Shown: piece by piece, positions 14,219 to 29,114 of the stretch
Layout of the letters: every line of letters starts with the position of its first letter
How positions within the stretch are numbered: the first letter of the stretch is position 1
From: Auanema rhodensis
Lineage: Eukaryota; Animalia; Nematoda
Direction: 5' to 3'
DNA: 64,000 bases
NCBI GenBank assembly: GCA_964057225.1
Contig: OZ059896.1
Coordinates: 8,308,001-8,372,000, forward strand
The notes under the pieces: generated by a model
The model's input: the letters and a program-made list of their open reading frames with translations, nothing else
Told to the model about the DNA's origin: nothing
Database searches by the model: none
Made by a program: the position numbers and the translations under genes

Positions 14219-16987
14219 TTAAACATATTCCACATGATTATGAAGTAAATCTGCTGCTCTTCTCTTCGATACCCGGCTTATTAATTGGCGAAAACGTCTT
14301 TGAACGTCTGTTTTATATTCAGGTGATGATAAGTAATAAATAAAAAAGTTTGCTGTAGCATTGATGACAACCAAAAAGTTGCCAATATCAATCAGAATTG
14401 CTTCTTGTGTCATTGACAATGCACTGAAATTCAGAATTATTAGAGTTTTAAGTTGAGAAACAAAATGAAATTCAAATACTTACACATGAAACATTTCAAA
14501 GACGTTAACCAGTAGTGATGTTACATTACAAGCCAGAAATAGAAAGATGACAAGTAGAAGGACTGTAGTTGAGCCCTGCTCTTGTGCTTCAGAACAATCA
14601 GAGAATTCTGTAAATATTATAATTAGAAAATTTTTTTAAAAATAAATATATAAACATATAACTAACTATATATATAACTAACCGCTTTTTTCTGAATCTT
14701 GATGTTTTCGTAATATTGAGAGAATTCCAATAGTTAGGATAGATAATAAAACAAATGGTATAAAAGCCATAGATAAAGCATACATATAACCTCTGAAAAA
14801 GAAAAATTTTTTTCTTCAGATTTAACTTCAAAATAATAAAAAAATATTTAAATAAGTTTAAAATATTTAATGCATGTACTATGCACTTGAATAGTTTAAA
14901 AATTTCTAAATAAGTTAAAGGACCTAGAGCATCAAAAATCATTTTGTTTTTAAAGAAAGCAAGGATCGGTTGTATTCCTCAGTTTATACTCATAAGATAT
15001 TATTTGAACTAACTATTGAGAAAAAAAACTTGAAGTTCATTTGAAATAATAATAATAATAATAATAAATAATTATAATAATTATTTCAATTGAATTCTTG
15101 ATTATTTTTATAATCATGGAGCATGTTAACATGCTATATAAATGTGAATACATCTATATTTTTTGTATTTTTAGCATGACCTTTATAATTTATAGTGTAA
15201 TTATTTGTTTATTGCTAATGCTAATATAATTAATTTTTTTTTTGCAAATTCTTACTCACTTGTACACAACTACATAGGTTTCACTGACACGTAATTCTGT
15301 GGGGCAAAGTTCGTATAAGGTAAAATTATCCGGATGCAAGCATTCAACAGCCTGCAAAAATTTTTTTTATTATATTTTGGAAGAGAATGCAAGCGTACTT
15401 GAAGATCTCCAAATTGAACAAGATTATAAAAAGCTACTATCACAACTATCACGGCTAAAACTCGCGGAGCCCATATTCCACGAGCTGTTGTAATTGAAGT
15501 CCCTCTGAAAATATTATATTAAATCCTTTTTACGCTTTGAAATGAAAATTAAGTTTTTGAGAGAGGAAAAAAGATTGAATTAAGTTTTTTTGGAATAAGT
15601 ATCTTTTCCTGTTTTCTGTTGTTTGTAAAGCTATAATTGAAATCTAACCTATAGACAGAAACAAAACAGTCAAAAGCAGCTAGAACTGTTATATACACGG
15701 ACAACATCTGAAAATAAAATAATTAAAAGGATCAAATGAATCAAATAGAAGAATAGACTTTAATATATTTCAATTATATATATATATATATATATTTATA
15801 TATTTATATAAGTAACTAATCATATTCTTTTCTTCTTCAGATGTTTGAGCATCTATTTAAATTCTAAGTACAGCTCACAAACGTTTGAATATGAATGAAG
15901 ATTTGTGATAAATAGTGATTTATGAAAAATATAATATTACTGAATAGTTTACCTGGAAAAATAAGCCAAGTGGTATAATTTTAGGTAAAAGGAACACAAA
16001 AAGCTGATCGACAAAAAACGAATGTGCACGTAAAGAATCGGAACAAATTACAAAAATTCCAGCCATACAAACTCCTGAAATAACATATAAACTTAATATG
16101 ATCAGTATAGTTAGTAACACATACCAACATCGCTACAAGATAAAGCTGTTAAATATTTGGCAGCAGTACCACGTTGTTCAGAAAAAACAATAATGTTTAT
16201 GAAATTGAGTACAATTCCAAGTAATGATATTACGGGCAGGAGACACACGATCATAACCTAAAACATCAAATGTTTAAAATTTTCTAATAATGTTTAAATA
16301 TAAATTGTATTCACAAGAAGGTCTTTCTTGTCATCTTCAAATTTGTTTTTTTTTCTGAATAGCTAGAAGAGCAATTAGAAAAAAAAACAATTGGGCAATT
16401 TTTAGATGAATTCGAAGATCAAGTCTTTGATGTGCTAAACTGACAACACTAAACTTCGAGATGTCGTCACATAGCATGCAAACATATACAATTTTTTTTG
16501 TAAATCTGGTCTCTCTCAATTGAAATTTTAGAAAAGCATTGATGATATGGTTCAAGAAACAAAATAAAATAAAAATAAAATAATTATATATATATATATA
16601 TATAAATAGCATTCCATATATAAATATATAAATATATATATTTATTTTATATTTATTATAAAAATGAATATTTAAAATGTAAAATAATCCTGAATATCAT
16701 CATCTTAGACAAATGAATGAATGAGATTATTTATTTAAACTATAATCATCGTCACTATTTATAAATCTGTAATTATATATTATATGTACCTAACTAATAC
16801 AATCCAAATAATATTAATAATTTAATATTGAAAATATTTAGAAAAAAAAATCTTTCTTTGATCTATTTTCAGCATAGTTTAATGATCATTATGCATTCAA
16901 TTTTTTAAAATTAAAATTTTTTTTTACCAAATTTGCTGTTCCAGCCACTCCATCCGTTGGTTCATGCAGACACTCACATTCCCGCAT
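14219..16987 (-). CDS. frpr-10: Class A GPCR, FRPR family, frpr-10-like, ~336 aa, 9 exons
   Basis: Exons 16987-16928, 16257-16125, 16074-15953, 15707-15649, 15504-15399, 15351-15260, 14792-14683, 14607-14484, 14423-14219, with consistent phases. Protein [10 protein letters not shown]...[30 protein letters not shown]...[15 protein letters not shown]...[24 protein letters not shown]...[19 protein letters not shown]. The symbol comes from recalled similarity to C. elegans FRPR-10 and is less certain than the GPCR call. Confidence 0.88.
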
Positions 16988-17508
16988 AACACATAAATTC
17001 GACTAAGTAACAGATTTTCAGCAAACTTAAAATAAATTATTTGTTTTATAATTTAATATAATTCAATTATAAAAAACAAAAAATAATAAATAATAAACAT
17101 ATATAAAGATAGATAGATATTGAGAAATATATGTGAATATGTGGAAGAAACTTAAAATTATTTCGAAAACAGCATCATATACAATATGCATAATACATAG
17201 AATTCTTAAGCCAAAAAAATTTGAACTTTTAGAATGCATTTAGCTTAAAATGAAGTAAAATAAGATTAAGACTATTTGAATTGTTAGTAGTATCTCCTTG
17301 AGAAAAAGTAGATATTCAGTAAAAATTACATAGAGATTAGCAAGTAATAGTAGAAAATACGTGATGAGATTCGAATATTATCTCAAAAAAAAAAAGAAAA
17401 AAAGAGATTTTCTTAGAACAAAACCAAAAATAAGTGTTGAAGACATTGTAGACATACATACATATAGGTTTAAGACAGAACATAGTTGTTTAGTATCTTC
17501 CGACTCAC

Positions 17509-17580
17509 GAAACAAACAGAATGTTTTAGCTCGACGAGATAAAAACGGAACAGGAGACGTAAAAAAAGACTAACATCAAC
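17509..17580 (-). other. Probable 5' UTR exon of the frpr-10-like gene
   Basis: Minus-strand CTTTCAG acceptor at 17587-17581 and GTGAGT donor at 17508-17503. A TTTTAAG acceptor near 17026 lies ~38 nt before the ATG at 16987. Confidence 0.5.
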
Positions 17581-20500
17581 CTGAAAGTCTTCGAAAGATT
17601 TTTCATTGTATTGAAATAAAACTTTTTTTTATCACATATTTTCAAAAAGCTTTTTTAAAGAGAAAGCAATGCTGATGATGATGATGCTGTGGGCACTTTG
17701 AAAATATTTAAAAAAATGTTTGCTTCCCGATATACATACATCTCAAAGATTGAATAAAGAATTAAAAAACAACTAGAAATCAAAAGATAAAATATAAAAA
17801 AATGAATTAATAGTAGAATAGTTAGTAGTGAAAATTGAATAAAAACTATTGGATGAACTATATACTATCTTCGAAAAAAACATTTGATGAAAAACATTTT
17901 CTTGAAAAGCAAGATTATAATGTCGGTATATACAACGATTTTAAGTTGAAACAATAAAAATCTGCAAATATTAAAAAGATAGAAAATAAGAGCTACATAA
18001 TGCAAAAAAGGTTGAGGGAAAAAAGAAAAATGCAAAAAGGAACAACAAGGTTTATGTGAAAAGAGAGGGTGATATAAAATGTTTTTTTCGAGCTATGATG
18101 GTGAAGCATAAACCGAAAGTAGAGAGGATATAAGGAAGCAAAATAGATGACATAATATATTATATTGAATTAGTACATAACATTACAACCATAAATAGAT
18201 AAAATAATTGAAGAAATTTTGGCGTTTCTTATTCTGATCTTATTCCCACCCCTCTCATCTATGTCTTGAAGCCTTTTATCTTTCTTATCCACACCCGCGA
18301 GAATATACTTACATACGTAGAATCTAGTATATACTATATCTAAATACATCTATGTACGCATAGTTATGAGTTATTCAGAAGAACTATAAGAGATCAGTTC
18401 AAAGAAAAATTCTATATAAACTATGAGTTCATTTCCTTGAAAAGATCATAAAAAACTAATAAGGAAGAGTAAAATTTAAAACAAAAAGCTCTCTAACTTG
18501 TTTGTTTTCTCTTTTAAAAATATTCCCGGAGGTGTTTAGAATAAGACAGAACTTTGTGAAAATTTGAAAAAGAATTATGAATAAAGAAGAATGAGCTAAG
18601 ATGTTGGAAACATCGAAATACAACAAAATCCTGAGAAATAAGCATTTGAGTTGATGGAAGGTAACAGCGAGAAAAAGGAAGAGAGTAAATATGGATATAA
18701 GCTTTAAAATCGTTATTATTTGGCTAATAATAATGAAAGAATTGTGCATTTATCTCATGTTTCATTGAAAAAAGAAAAGAAGAAAAGACATATAAATGTG
18801 TATATCTGTATAGTTTAATGAATCTATTAAAACAAATAATAAATGTAATGTTAAATAATGGTATTATTCTCAGAAAGGCTGATTACGATGATTACCATAG
18901 ACGTCAAAAAGATTTTCACGTAAACTGCCAAGAAAGGCTAATTTGTTCTTGTGAAACGTGGTTGAACGGTTGATTTTAGCTTCGAGTATTCAATCGAAAG
19001 TCCTTTCTAATTTCTCTCAATTTGCCTTCATTTCCTGCTTTTCATAATTCAGTTTTTCTAAATTCTGTTTAAGATCGTCTTACTCTGGATGGTCTTATCA
19101 CTAGACTCTTAAATAACCACTTTAAGTTTCTCCCTCAAATTTCTTATTTTACTAGATTTTTCTTTGAAATCTCTTCATATTTTAAGAATTGCTGCTTGAA
19201 TTATATGGTTGATTAGCCTCGTTGAAGCAGAGATTTCCGTAAAGAAATGAAAATCAGTACTATCGAATAACCTATACACACATACATACATACATAAGAA
19301 TGTTTTAGAGATATTCATGCATGTATAGATGAAAGAGAAGTTGCATGGATATAAGAAACAGTGACGCCAATGCCGGGTAAGATAGTGACATTTCCGCAAA
19401 AAAAAAAGCAGAAAACGAAATTAAATAAGAAAATACCAAAGCGAAAAAGAGAATAGGGAATTATTTTTATTTTGGAATAGTTAATAATATTACAATGTTT
19501 GCAGTTATTAATTATTAGAATTCTGAGAGACGTATTATCTTGACATACAGGAGGAACATTTTTTATAATCAGAACACAAAACAAGATGAATAACCGAATA
19601 TATTAAAAATAATTTATGTTATTATGATAAAGATTAACCTATATCTATGTATATGTATACGTATAAGTTATATTAAATCTTTTGTATTTTGTATATGAAC
19701 GTTATTAAAATTAAAAATAAGTCAGGCAATTTTGAGTTTTGAGGTAAAGCTTTAACAGTTCTCTCAAAGATAGAATAGTATGCTCCAAATGACAGAAACT
19801 GAAATAAATTGATGGAGTTGTTTTGGAAAAACATAGGATCGGAAAAAAAAGCTTTTGGGATATGAAAAAATGCTGCAAAATTGCTTGCCTATGGCGATAT
19901 TCGAAATAGCATTCTCAGACCTTAAAGTCTTACTTAGAACTATTCTTTGGTAGAATCTGTATGAATGCAACGTACATGCCAATAAAAAAATATTGCGTGT
20001 TGACAAAATTGCCAAATTCTCTCGATCATATGCCTTATTCTCATTATCATTATCGTTAATCTTCAAAGTTAAATACGTCATCAAGTGTGCAGGTCCAAAT
20101 AGGAAAATAGAAATTCTTTAGTTCATTTAATAATTTATAAAGTTAAGGAAGATTAAGAGAGGAGTTAAACATGTTGTCTACAAGCTATGTGTGTTCTCTA
20201 TTCTTGTGGATGGCTAATATCTTAAATTAACATGTTGCCTTGAGCATTCAAAGGCACGAAAGGAATCAATTTGGATGAAAAAATGAGTTGAAAGCTCATT
20301 ATGATCGTCGTGACGCTATCTAATTTTTAAATGTTGCTTATTATCAGAAAATAAAAAAATAAAGTGAAAAGGTATGAATATGAGAGAGAAATATGAAAAA
20401 TGATGTAGAGGACACGTTGAAGATAATGAAAATAGCGTTGATGATGAGAAGAAGAATGAAGTCTTCTATCTTTACTGATGAAGTACATATGTATGTATGT

Positions 20501-23500
20501 GTATACGTATTATATGTAATATGCTTCTTCAAAGATCAAACAAAGAATATCTATATGCAGAAAATTTCATCAAACAAAAAGGTAATTTTGAAGTAATTTC
20601 ATTTAGTTTGAATAGTATATGTTGAAAAATAAAGATGTTGTATGATCAGTATAATAACTATAGAAGAGATCATAGTACCCATATTGAAAGATTCACTAGA
20701 AAAAAAAATATATAGAATAAGATTCTGCAGAGAAAAATGCAAAATTCTTCAGATGCTGAAGTATGGAATAGATAATTGTTTAAGAGATATAGAGAAGTCA
20801 ACAATTTCAGCAAAAAAAAACAAGGAGGAGGAAAATCTTCGCAGCTTTTCAACAACTTTACTTCACCTCGTAGAAATTTTTGGCTCTTGCCTGCTAGTCC
20901 ACAAGCATTTCAATCTATCTCTTTCTTTCGTTCTTTTTTTATTCCTATCTCTCTATATACATTCAAACTTCTATCTTATTCTCTTTTAGTCTTTCCCTCC
21001 TTTCCTCTCTTCACACGTGTCTCTTTCCATCTCTAGACTTCAGTTTCAGAAGGTTGCAAATGTCTTGACGAGAACAGCGACGTACGATTTTGAATATGAG
21101 AAGAACTTTAAATGTTGGTTTTATGTGAGAATATCAAAAGCTATCAAGGATTAATTATCATCATTCCAACATTTGGTTAGGAAGTAAATTTTGAATATTA
21201 TGTGAATAGTATCTTATATAAAAAAAATTTTTATATTATTAGTTTATGATTATTATCAATATATTATATATTAATAATAAGAATAATAGAATTTCGATAC
21301 ATATCATCATAAAGATCTAAGCTCAGGTTCACGGATTAGAGTATTTTATCGGATTATCAAAAACTTTTATATGAATATGAAGACCACTAAAGCAGAAGAA
21401 ATTAATTTTTTTTCCATCATCTGCTGATCTCATATAAAAGTTAAAGCTCTATCAAAGTTATAAATGATGAATACAACATTTTTCCCCTATTTTACAATCA
21501 TAAAAATGTGGCTTGAAAAAAAAAATGAAAACAATTCCATCTGGATTTTTAATGCATCTGGTTCAAATTTAGACGCTTATTGCTTTAGAATAAAGACATT
21601 ATACATTTTTTTTTCTGTTTCGTTTCCTTTTCTTTACTTTTTTTTAATAATCCTATATTCAGAATTCATAGTTCCTGTAACCATATAGTTACATATGCTT
21701 TTCCGTAACATAAAGATAAAGAAGTAGAAGAATTATTCTCACAAAGTATTTCTTCTTGCACAGCATGAAGGTGCTTAGTTCTAGCACCAGGTGGCTTAAA
21801 CAACTTCATGAATTCTTCATTGGTAACTAAAAAAAAATAAATGATTGTTCAGTAAAGATAGCAAAAATCTGAGAAATATTTTTGAATGTTGAAACTTTGA
21901 ACTTTAAAAATTTGTTTGACAATTGAACAAGTCGATTCTAGTAATACGGAAATTCTTTTAATTTATAAAATAATTGAGTAATAGTTGTTTGTCTCTGAGA
22001 AATAGTATTTCCTCGTAAAACAACGTTTCTATCTTATTCTGAACAAAAAGTTTTTTTTTTATTTAAAAACTGAACAAGGAAATAAATACATGTACATATA
22101 TTCAGTAATTAGTTAAATAACTACTTATTATAAAAGAAAAAAATAATATGAAGAAAATGACGCAGCATAGACATGAAAATACATTTGTATGTACATACTA
22201 CGTATAAACATATAGTCAAAGAGTATTTTATATATATTTAATATATACTATACATCCATATACATACAGACATACATAGATCTAATATGTAAAATTTGTA
22301 TTTAAAAATTGTATGTACATACATATACATATATGGATATATGATTGTTTTTTTAAACACGTTTTTTAGTATATTATATATGTATGTATAATACTATATG
22401 TATCTGTAGAACAAGAAAAGAATTACAAAGCTTTTAAGACAAAGAGAGAAGGAGATACATGATGCAAGATATTGAGAGATATAGAGAAAAAAATAGAAAA
22501 AAAAAAGAATTCTTTTTCGGGTAAATATATTTTTGTTTCTGGAAGAAACAATAATGAAACAAGCTTGAAATGATAATAATCCAATAAAATTGTCTATGTC
22601 TGAATGACTTACTCAGAATATCTGTTAAGAAAAACAAGCATTAAGCTCATAATTAAAGCTTTAGTACAAACGAACTTTAAAATAATTTTTTTCGCTCGAG
22701 AAGAAGTGAAAATGACCATATTTGGGAGTCTTATTTTGAAGACGAATGCTAACTAATACTTCCTTTAGTCAATGGTTACATCAGCCTTTTTACATCGTTT
22801 GTTATACTGGCAACCCCCGCAATTTTTCCTTCTCTAATTCTCTCCCAAAATGCTCTTATTCTCAATATTTCAATCATCTTCATTTAGTTAATACTCATTT
22901 ACTCCAATAAGTTTTGAAAATAATAGTTATGAGTCATTTGAATGATCTACAATCTCAAGGTTTTTTTCCCAAAATATGAGAAACCACATCATTGACGTCA
23001 ATAAAGGCCCCAAATTAATAAAGTATATTGTTATATCAAAATAATTATAACTTTATATTTTGACTAACATTATGAAAATAATTATATCTAAATATATGAC
23101 GATAAATAGGAATAGTGATAGAAAACTTTTCTTTGACTAATGCTTAATAATATGAAATAATAATGGCTATCTAATATTGATTTATATAATATTTAATCTT
23201 AATAACCTTTTCTTTAAAAAAAATGGAGAGAGAGATTAATAATTGTATATATCTATTATGATATTAAATATTATATAAATTATATTATATATTTAAAATA
23301 ATTTTATAAAAGTAAAGGAAAATTCAGTGAATATCATAAGAAATACAAAGCAGAACACATAAACAACGTAAATTAAAATTGAGACAATGACTAAAACAAT
23401 ATGAACATAAGAATACTTCATCTTCAAGAAAAGTATGTTTTAAGAAGTTGATTCGAAAGCATATGTTGTTCTTTTTGAATTTCTTTCGTTTTCATAATAT

Positions 23501-26500
23501 AATAAAAAAAATTGATGTCTTATAGTAGTAGACTAACTATATTATATAAAAACAGAAACAAAAACATTTATACTTAATATATTGTATAGTCTATCTAACT
23601 AACAAACTAACTCATGTTGCAATGATGTAGAAAAACTTTTGTTGATCATCAGTACTTTACGAGTAAGTTTACTGAAGCACTATCAAACACCCACTCGTTT
23701 AGTCTGACATCATTTATTCTGTATAAATGTATGTATAATATTTAATATTTATATTCATATATAATTATAGTTAATTTTTTTTTGAAAATCAAAAAATATC
23801 TTCAATTAAAACAAAATTATTAAATTGATTTCGATGTAAAATATAATTTTTTGATTATTAAGTTCTATTAATTATAATATTTTAAAAATATAGATAGGCA
23901 CATGTTGAAAATGTACAAATAAATTTAAAAAATTAAAAATGTATAATATAAACGATTTGGTTAAAAATAATATAAAGTAATTAATTTAGTTTATTAAAAT
24001 ATCATTTTATTAACTATATTCTGATTGAAAATAGATTAAAGTTATAAACTTTTTATAAATTATATTTAAGTTTTCATGATTAAAGTTCGAACTAAATATA
24101 AAATATATGTCTATATTTGAAATATAATGAAATGTATTATATGAGAACAAATTAAGATTAAGAGACATCATTGAATGTTAGTTAGCTTTAAGCCCATACA
24201 TACACACAAAATAATAATAAAAGCCAATGAAACACATAGTATATGTGTATTAATAATAAAATTAAGAATCAATTGTTTAAAAATTAAAATCTCTTAGCAA
24301 TATATTTCTAATCTGAATGTTTATGTAAGATTTTTCATATTTTCTAATTAAAACAACGAAAATAGCCGAAAAAGCTGATTCATTATTTTTGTAATTATGA
24401 TTATAATACTCAGATTGCATGTGGAATTGTGAGAAAAGAAAAAAAAAGAACATATCTACATCTTATTTGTATTTTAGAAAAACATAAAAAAAAAGAAAAA
24501 CTTTTTATTTTCATCCATATTTGGACAAACTTTCACACCATTACATACATAATATGTAAAGCTGCAATTATGCTTGTAAATCTATATAATAGAATGGATA
24601 AAACTAAAAATATGACGTTCAAAAAGTTATTTTAAATGGTAAGTACAATTGAAATTTTTAAGAAACTATAAGAGTAAATGCTCTAAAAATGTATGTAGAT
24701 AGACAATAGTCTATATATATGAATAGTATATCTATTTTGGGTTTTTTTTCGCGTATTATTCAGTATTTACGTTACGGATGTGACGCATTTTTAGGGGGGG
24801 GGGGCTACTATAAATAAGAGAAGAAACAACCAAAACATTAAAAGATGAATTATTGAATTATAATTTGGAAAAAAAAAGAAAAGTTTGTTTCACATCCGGC
24901 TAATTCTTCTATATCTATCACGCTGATTATGAGTACATGCCTTTCATTAAAATGCGTAAATTTTTCAAGTTTAAGTTTTGCAAAAGAAAAAAAAGTTGCA
25001 AAAAGCTATTGTCATGATCAAAGAATAATCTTCAAATCTAAGCCCGGTTGATAGAAAAAGGAAAAAAAAGTTAATTTTCACATCAGAGAGATATAATGTA
25101 TAGTATATATATATATATATAGCTGAGAGATATATATAGCAAATATAAAAAATTTTCTGATATTTAAACTAGCTCGAAGAAGAAGCTCAATTGACTATAG
25201 TGAATACGTTTTTTATGGAAGGGAGGAGCAAAAGATTCAACGATTCTACCGTTCGTTTTGTTTACAATGAATACAATGACTTTTTGAGTACCTGAAAGAT
25301 CATGGATTCGTAGTTTTCAGATTTATATATTCAGTTTTGTAGTAGATTTAGATAAACAAACATTCATCTTTTTCAGAACAAATGAAATGAAATTTCATAA
25401 AAAGTAGAAGATTGAATAAGTATTTTTCCTGTTTCAAAAAACCGAAGCACAAATCACAAAATAGACCTTACTTCAAATAATTTTTTTTAGACAAATGGTT
25501 ATGCACATAAAATATCTTTAAAAGGTCAATACACAATGATTGAAAAAGTAAAATATGCTGAAGTTGTTTGATGTTTTAAAAACGTTAGATTTTTTAATCT
25601 TATCCTCTCAATTTCCTCTTCATTTCATTTGCAAATCTTTTGAGATTCCATTTTTATTTTATCTCTCTCTCTCTCTCTCTCTCTCTCCTTTCTCTTTATT
25701 ACTGGTTACTCTCTTATACGTTATTGAGTTTTCTTTATATTTCTAAATCTCTTTTTATATAATACTATATCTATTCGTTATTAGGTTTACTGCTCAACTA
25801 TCTGTTCCTTGTGCTTAGATCATTGAACGAAGAAATTGTGATCATCGTTGTCTTCGCTCAATTCTTATGTCATACCCATTCATATGGAACTTCATTCAAC
25901 TTAAACGGTTAGACATCTCCCCCCCCCCTTTTGCTTCCTTTTCCTCTCTTTCTTCCTCTCTCTATCTTGTATTCTCTCTCACTTTTTAAATCTAGCTATC
26001 TATCTATCCATTTTATTATCTTTATCTCCAATAACTCACTAATTTCCTTCAAATGTTCAATATACATATTTCCTTGTAGCATCTTCCCTCCTTTTCTTCA
26101 CACCCTGTACCAGAAGCATTTATTCTTTGTTATTCACACTTTCGCTTGAAGATTCAAAATTTTCTAAACAATAGTTAATTTTATGAACAAATGTTTTTTT
26201 TGTCATCTTATATGAGAAAAAAATAGAAAATGATATCATTCAGTTTCATTTTAAATATAAAAAGAGAAGTCTATCGACTACAATATTTCTATTATAATAA
26301 TAATAATAGAAGAAAAGCACATATATACTATATGAAATAAGAAAATATTTCAAATAATGATGAATAATTATTTATTAATATCGTTATACATTACTTAACT
26401 GTTAACTAATTGCTATAAAGATTTTTAAACTTTTAAAGGATTTTCTTATAAATAAGGCAAGAAAAGAAAGAATAAGAGAAAGACAACTGAATAAAGTTGA

Positions 26501-29076
26501 GATTATTCATAGACTATGAACTTATTTCATGGTTCAGATGAGAAATGCTTTTCTTCAAAGAGCTTTTAGTGGTGTTTTGCTCTTCTATCTTGTTAGTTAT
26601 AATTGGTTGAACACATGCTTACAGTCGCAATAAAGAAAAGGTCAGCTTTAACGAAAAAGAGAGAGAAAGGACATAAAATGAAAAATATATTTCGGAATTC
26701 TTAATTATAACTGTCATTGTTCTTTCTCTCTTTTTTTTGAAAAAATAAAGAGATGTTGAAGATAAAAAATTTATATAATTTTTTTATTAGACAATAGTTT
26801 TTAATTTAAAATAAAAGGAAGTTATAACAGGTAATTATTTAATTATAATCTAGTAAGAATAGTATGGTTGAATTATAAAGTTAGTTTGTAATCAGAATCT
26901 ATATTGTGTGAAGCTTTGGATCAGAGATCCTTTCGAAAAACTTTTCTATGGAAAAAGAAAAAAATACTAATAGAGCAAACCAGTGAATAAGTGAGTAAGT
27001 GAGGAAACATGTGTCGAGAAAATGAAAGAAGAGATAATTAAACTCACAAGAGAAGGAATTAAAAATCGTATGAACTTTTATTGGTAAAAAAGTCAGAAGT
27101 TTGGTATGAAAGCTGTCGAAATTCAGTCTAAAAGTTCGAACATCCGGTCATAGATCAAAGGATTCCAAATAAAACGTTAAAAAGACGACTAAAATAACAA
27201 TAAATATAGAGATTAACTGATTGTAATTTAAAGAAAAATATTTAATATAAAATTATAAAAATAAAAAATAATTTCTTAAGAAACTATAAAACTAAAAAAA
27301 ACTAAAAAGTTTAAGAACAAATGTAATAAAAGATTGAAAATCATAAATAAAGCTTATGTATATACATATAAATGGGCTGAATATTTATATTATTTGAAAA
27401 TAAAAGAAATATTAAATTAAATAAATTTAAAATTAAATAATAATGTTTTTGCATTAAAATAATTTAAATATGTATGTATCTGTAGGTTATGAAAAAGTCA
27501 GAAGGGATACAAATAGGAAGAAAGTTAAAAAAAACAATTAAAATAAATTATTTTATTAAAATAAAAATAATTATTGAAATTTTAAAAATTTGTTGAAAAT
27601 AGAATTTTTGTTTGACTTCTGAACAATTCCTTTTTCTAAGACACTTAAGAGTCAAAATGTGAATAGACATTAGGTTGAAGAATAAGCTTTCAGAGAACTA
27701 ATGGTAGTAACGATTTTTTTTTTTGAATAAAAACATCTTATAAACAATAAATATGATGATGAATTAACAAATGAATTTTAGAGATGATATTTCAAAATGA
27801 AATAGTATGCTGATGCTTTGAAATTAAAAAAAACAAAATCAAAGAATCTCAAACACTATTATAATGAGTCAAAAATTCGTTTTTTCTACTGTTCAAAGCA
27901 GGAAATAAAAAAATGTGTTCATTCCATATATGCACAATTTAATTTTTTTCTTATAAACAAGGAAATTAGGTGAAAAGACGAGATGTTATCAAACATTGAA
28001 GCTAGATTTCAAATGAAATTGATAGTTTACTCTATTCATTTCTTGAGAACTATCCATACATCTGACCTTCTAATGTAACTTGATGATGGAAGGGAGGGAG
28101 ATAGGGGAAGCCCATAACAGAGCACAATGCTAAATCTTTCAGTTATGTTTTCAGCATTTTTTTAATTTTTTTTCCTGCAAAAAGACGGGCATAAATTCGC
28201 TATTCGATACATTGATGAAATAAAAATTCGAATTCTATTATGTTTTTGTTTCTCTTTTTCGACATCATTGTCGTCGTTAAAAACCTACCAACATTGATGG
28301 TGATCTCTTAATTTTTCATTCATAGAAATGCAAAATTGAAACATATCAAGATTTAACAATATTTCAATGAAATTACGGTATAATTACAATACAAAATGAA
28401 ATTTAAACTCTTTGTAAAAATAAAAAGTAAATAAATGATAAATCAAATAGATTATTATAAATATAACGATAGTTTAGAAAAAAATCTTATATAATATCTA
28501 TTTTTTTAGAAATAGTGTATCTAAATATACCAAATGTTAAAAACAATTTCATGAATAAATATAACAAGAAACATTAAGTATTTCTATGAAATCTGTGAAA
28601 AAAAAAGAAAAAAAACGAAACAACAATGGCTTATTAAAATCAAAATAAAGCTCTTATTTGGATAAACTTAATAGATAATAATATAATCTTATATCATATA
28701 GTATTATATGTATAATATATACAGTCGAGATACAAGATATAGACATTAAAATGATGTATAAACTATAAATTTTTACAACAAATTTTAGTTTTTTTCTTTG
28801 CATTTTTGTAAAATAATCTCGAATTATATTCTGTATATATTCTTAATTAGATATATGTATATCATGAGATCTTTTCAGTTTCTTTAAACTATGCGGATAA
28901 ATCTTTCTTTTTTTTTGTTGAAGAAATATTATAAATGAAGAGAAATACATACATATGTTTGAAATATATTCATGAATTCATTTGAAAACTTCATAATATT
29001 TAAGATACGATTGAAATATATATCTAACATCCTAACCATAAGAATTAGAATGATCAACGAAGTCTTGTTCGATAGA

Positions 29077-29082
<6 letters not shown>

Positions 29083-29110
<28 letters not shown>
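29083..29110. repeat. (GA)n microsatellite
   Basis: Perfect GA run within a purine-rich tract. Confidence 0.9.

Positions 29111-29114
<4 letters not shown>

Noticed and set aside
21764-21810. Hairpin containing TAGCACCA (miR-83/miR-29 seed)
   Set aside because: Only a 6-bp stem with a 7-nt loop; the rest does not match miR-83 or pair as a pre-miRNA.
22801-22814. X-box-like GTTATACTGGCAAC
   Set aside because: Two mismatches to the consensus and far from any start codon.
25430-25437. CTGTTTCA piRNA Ruby motif
   Set aside because: Isolated; no cluster of such motifs in the window.
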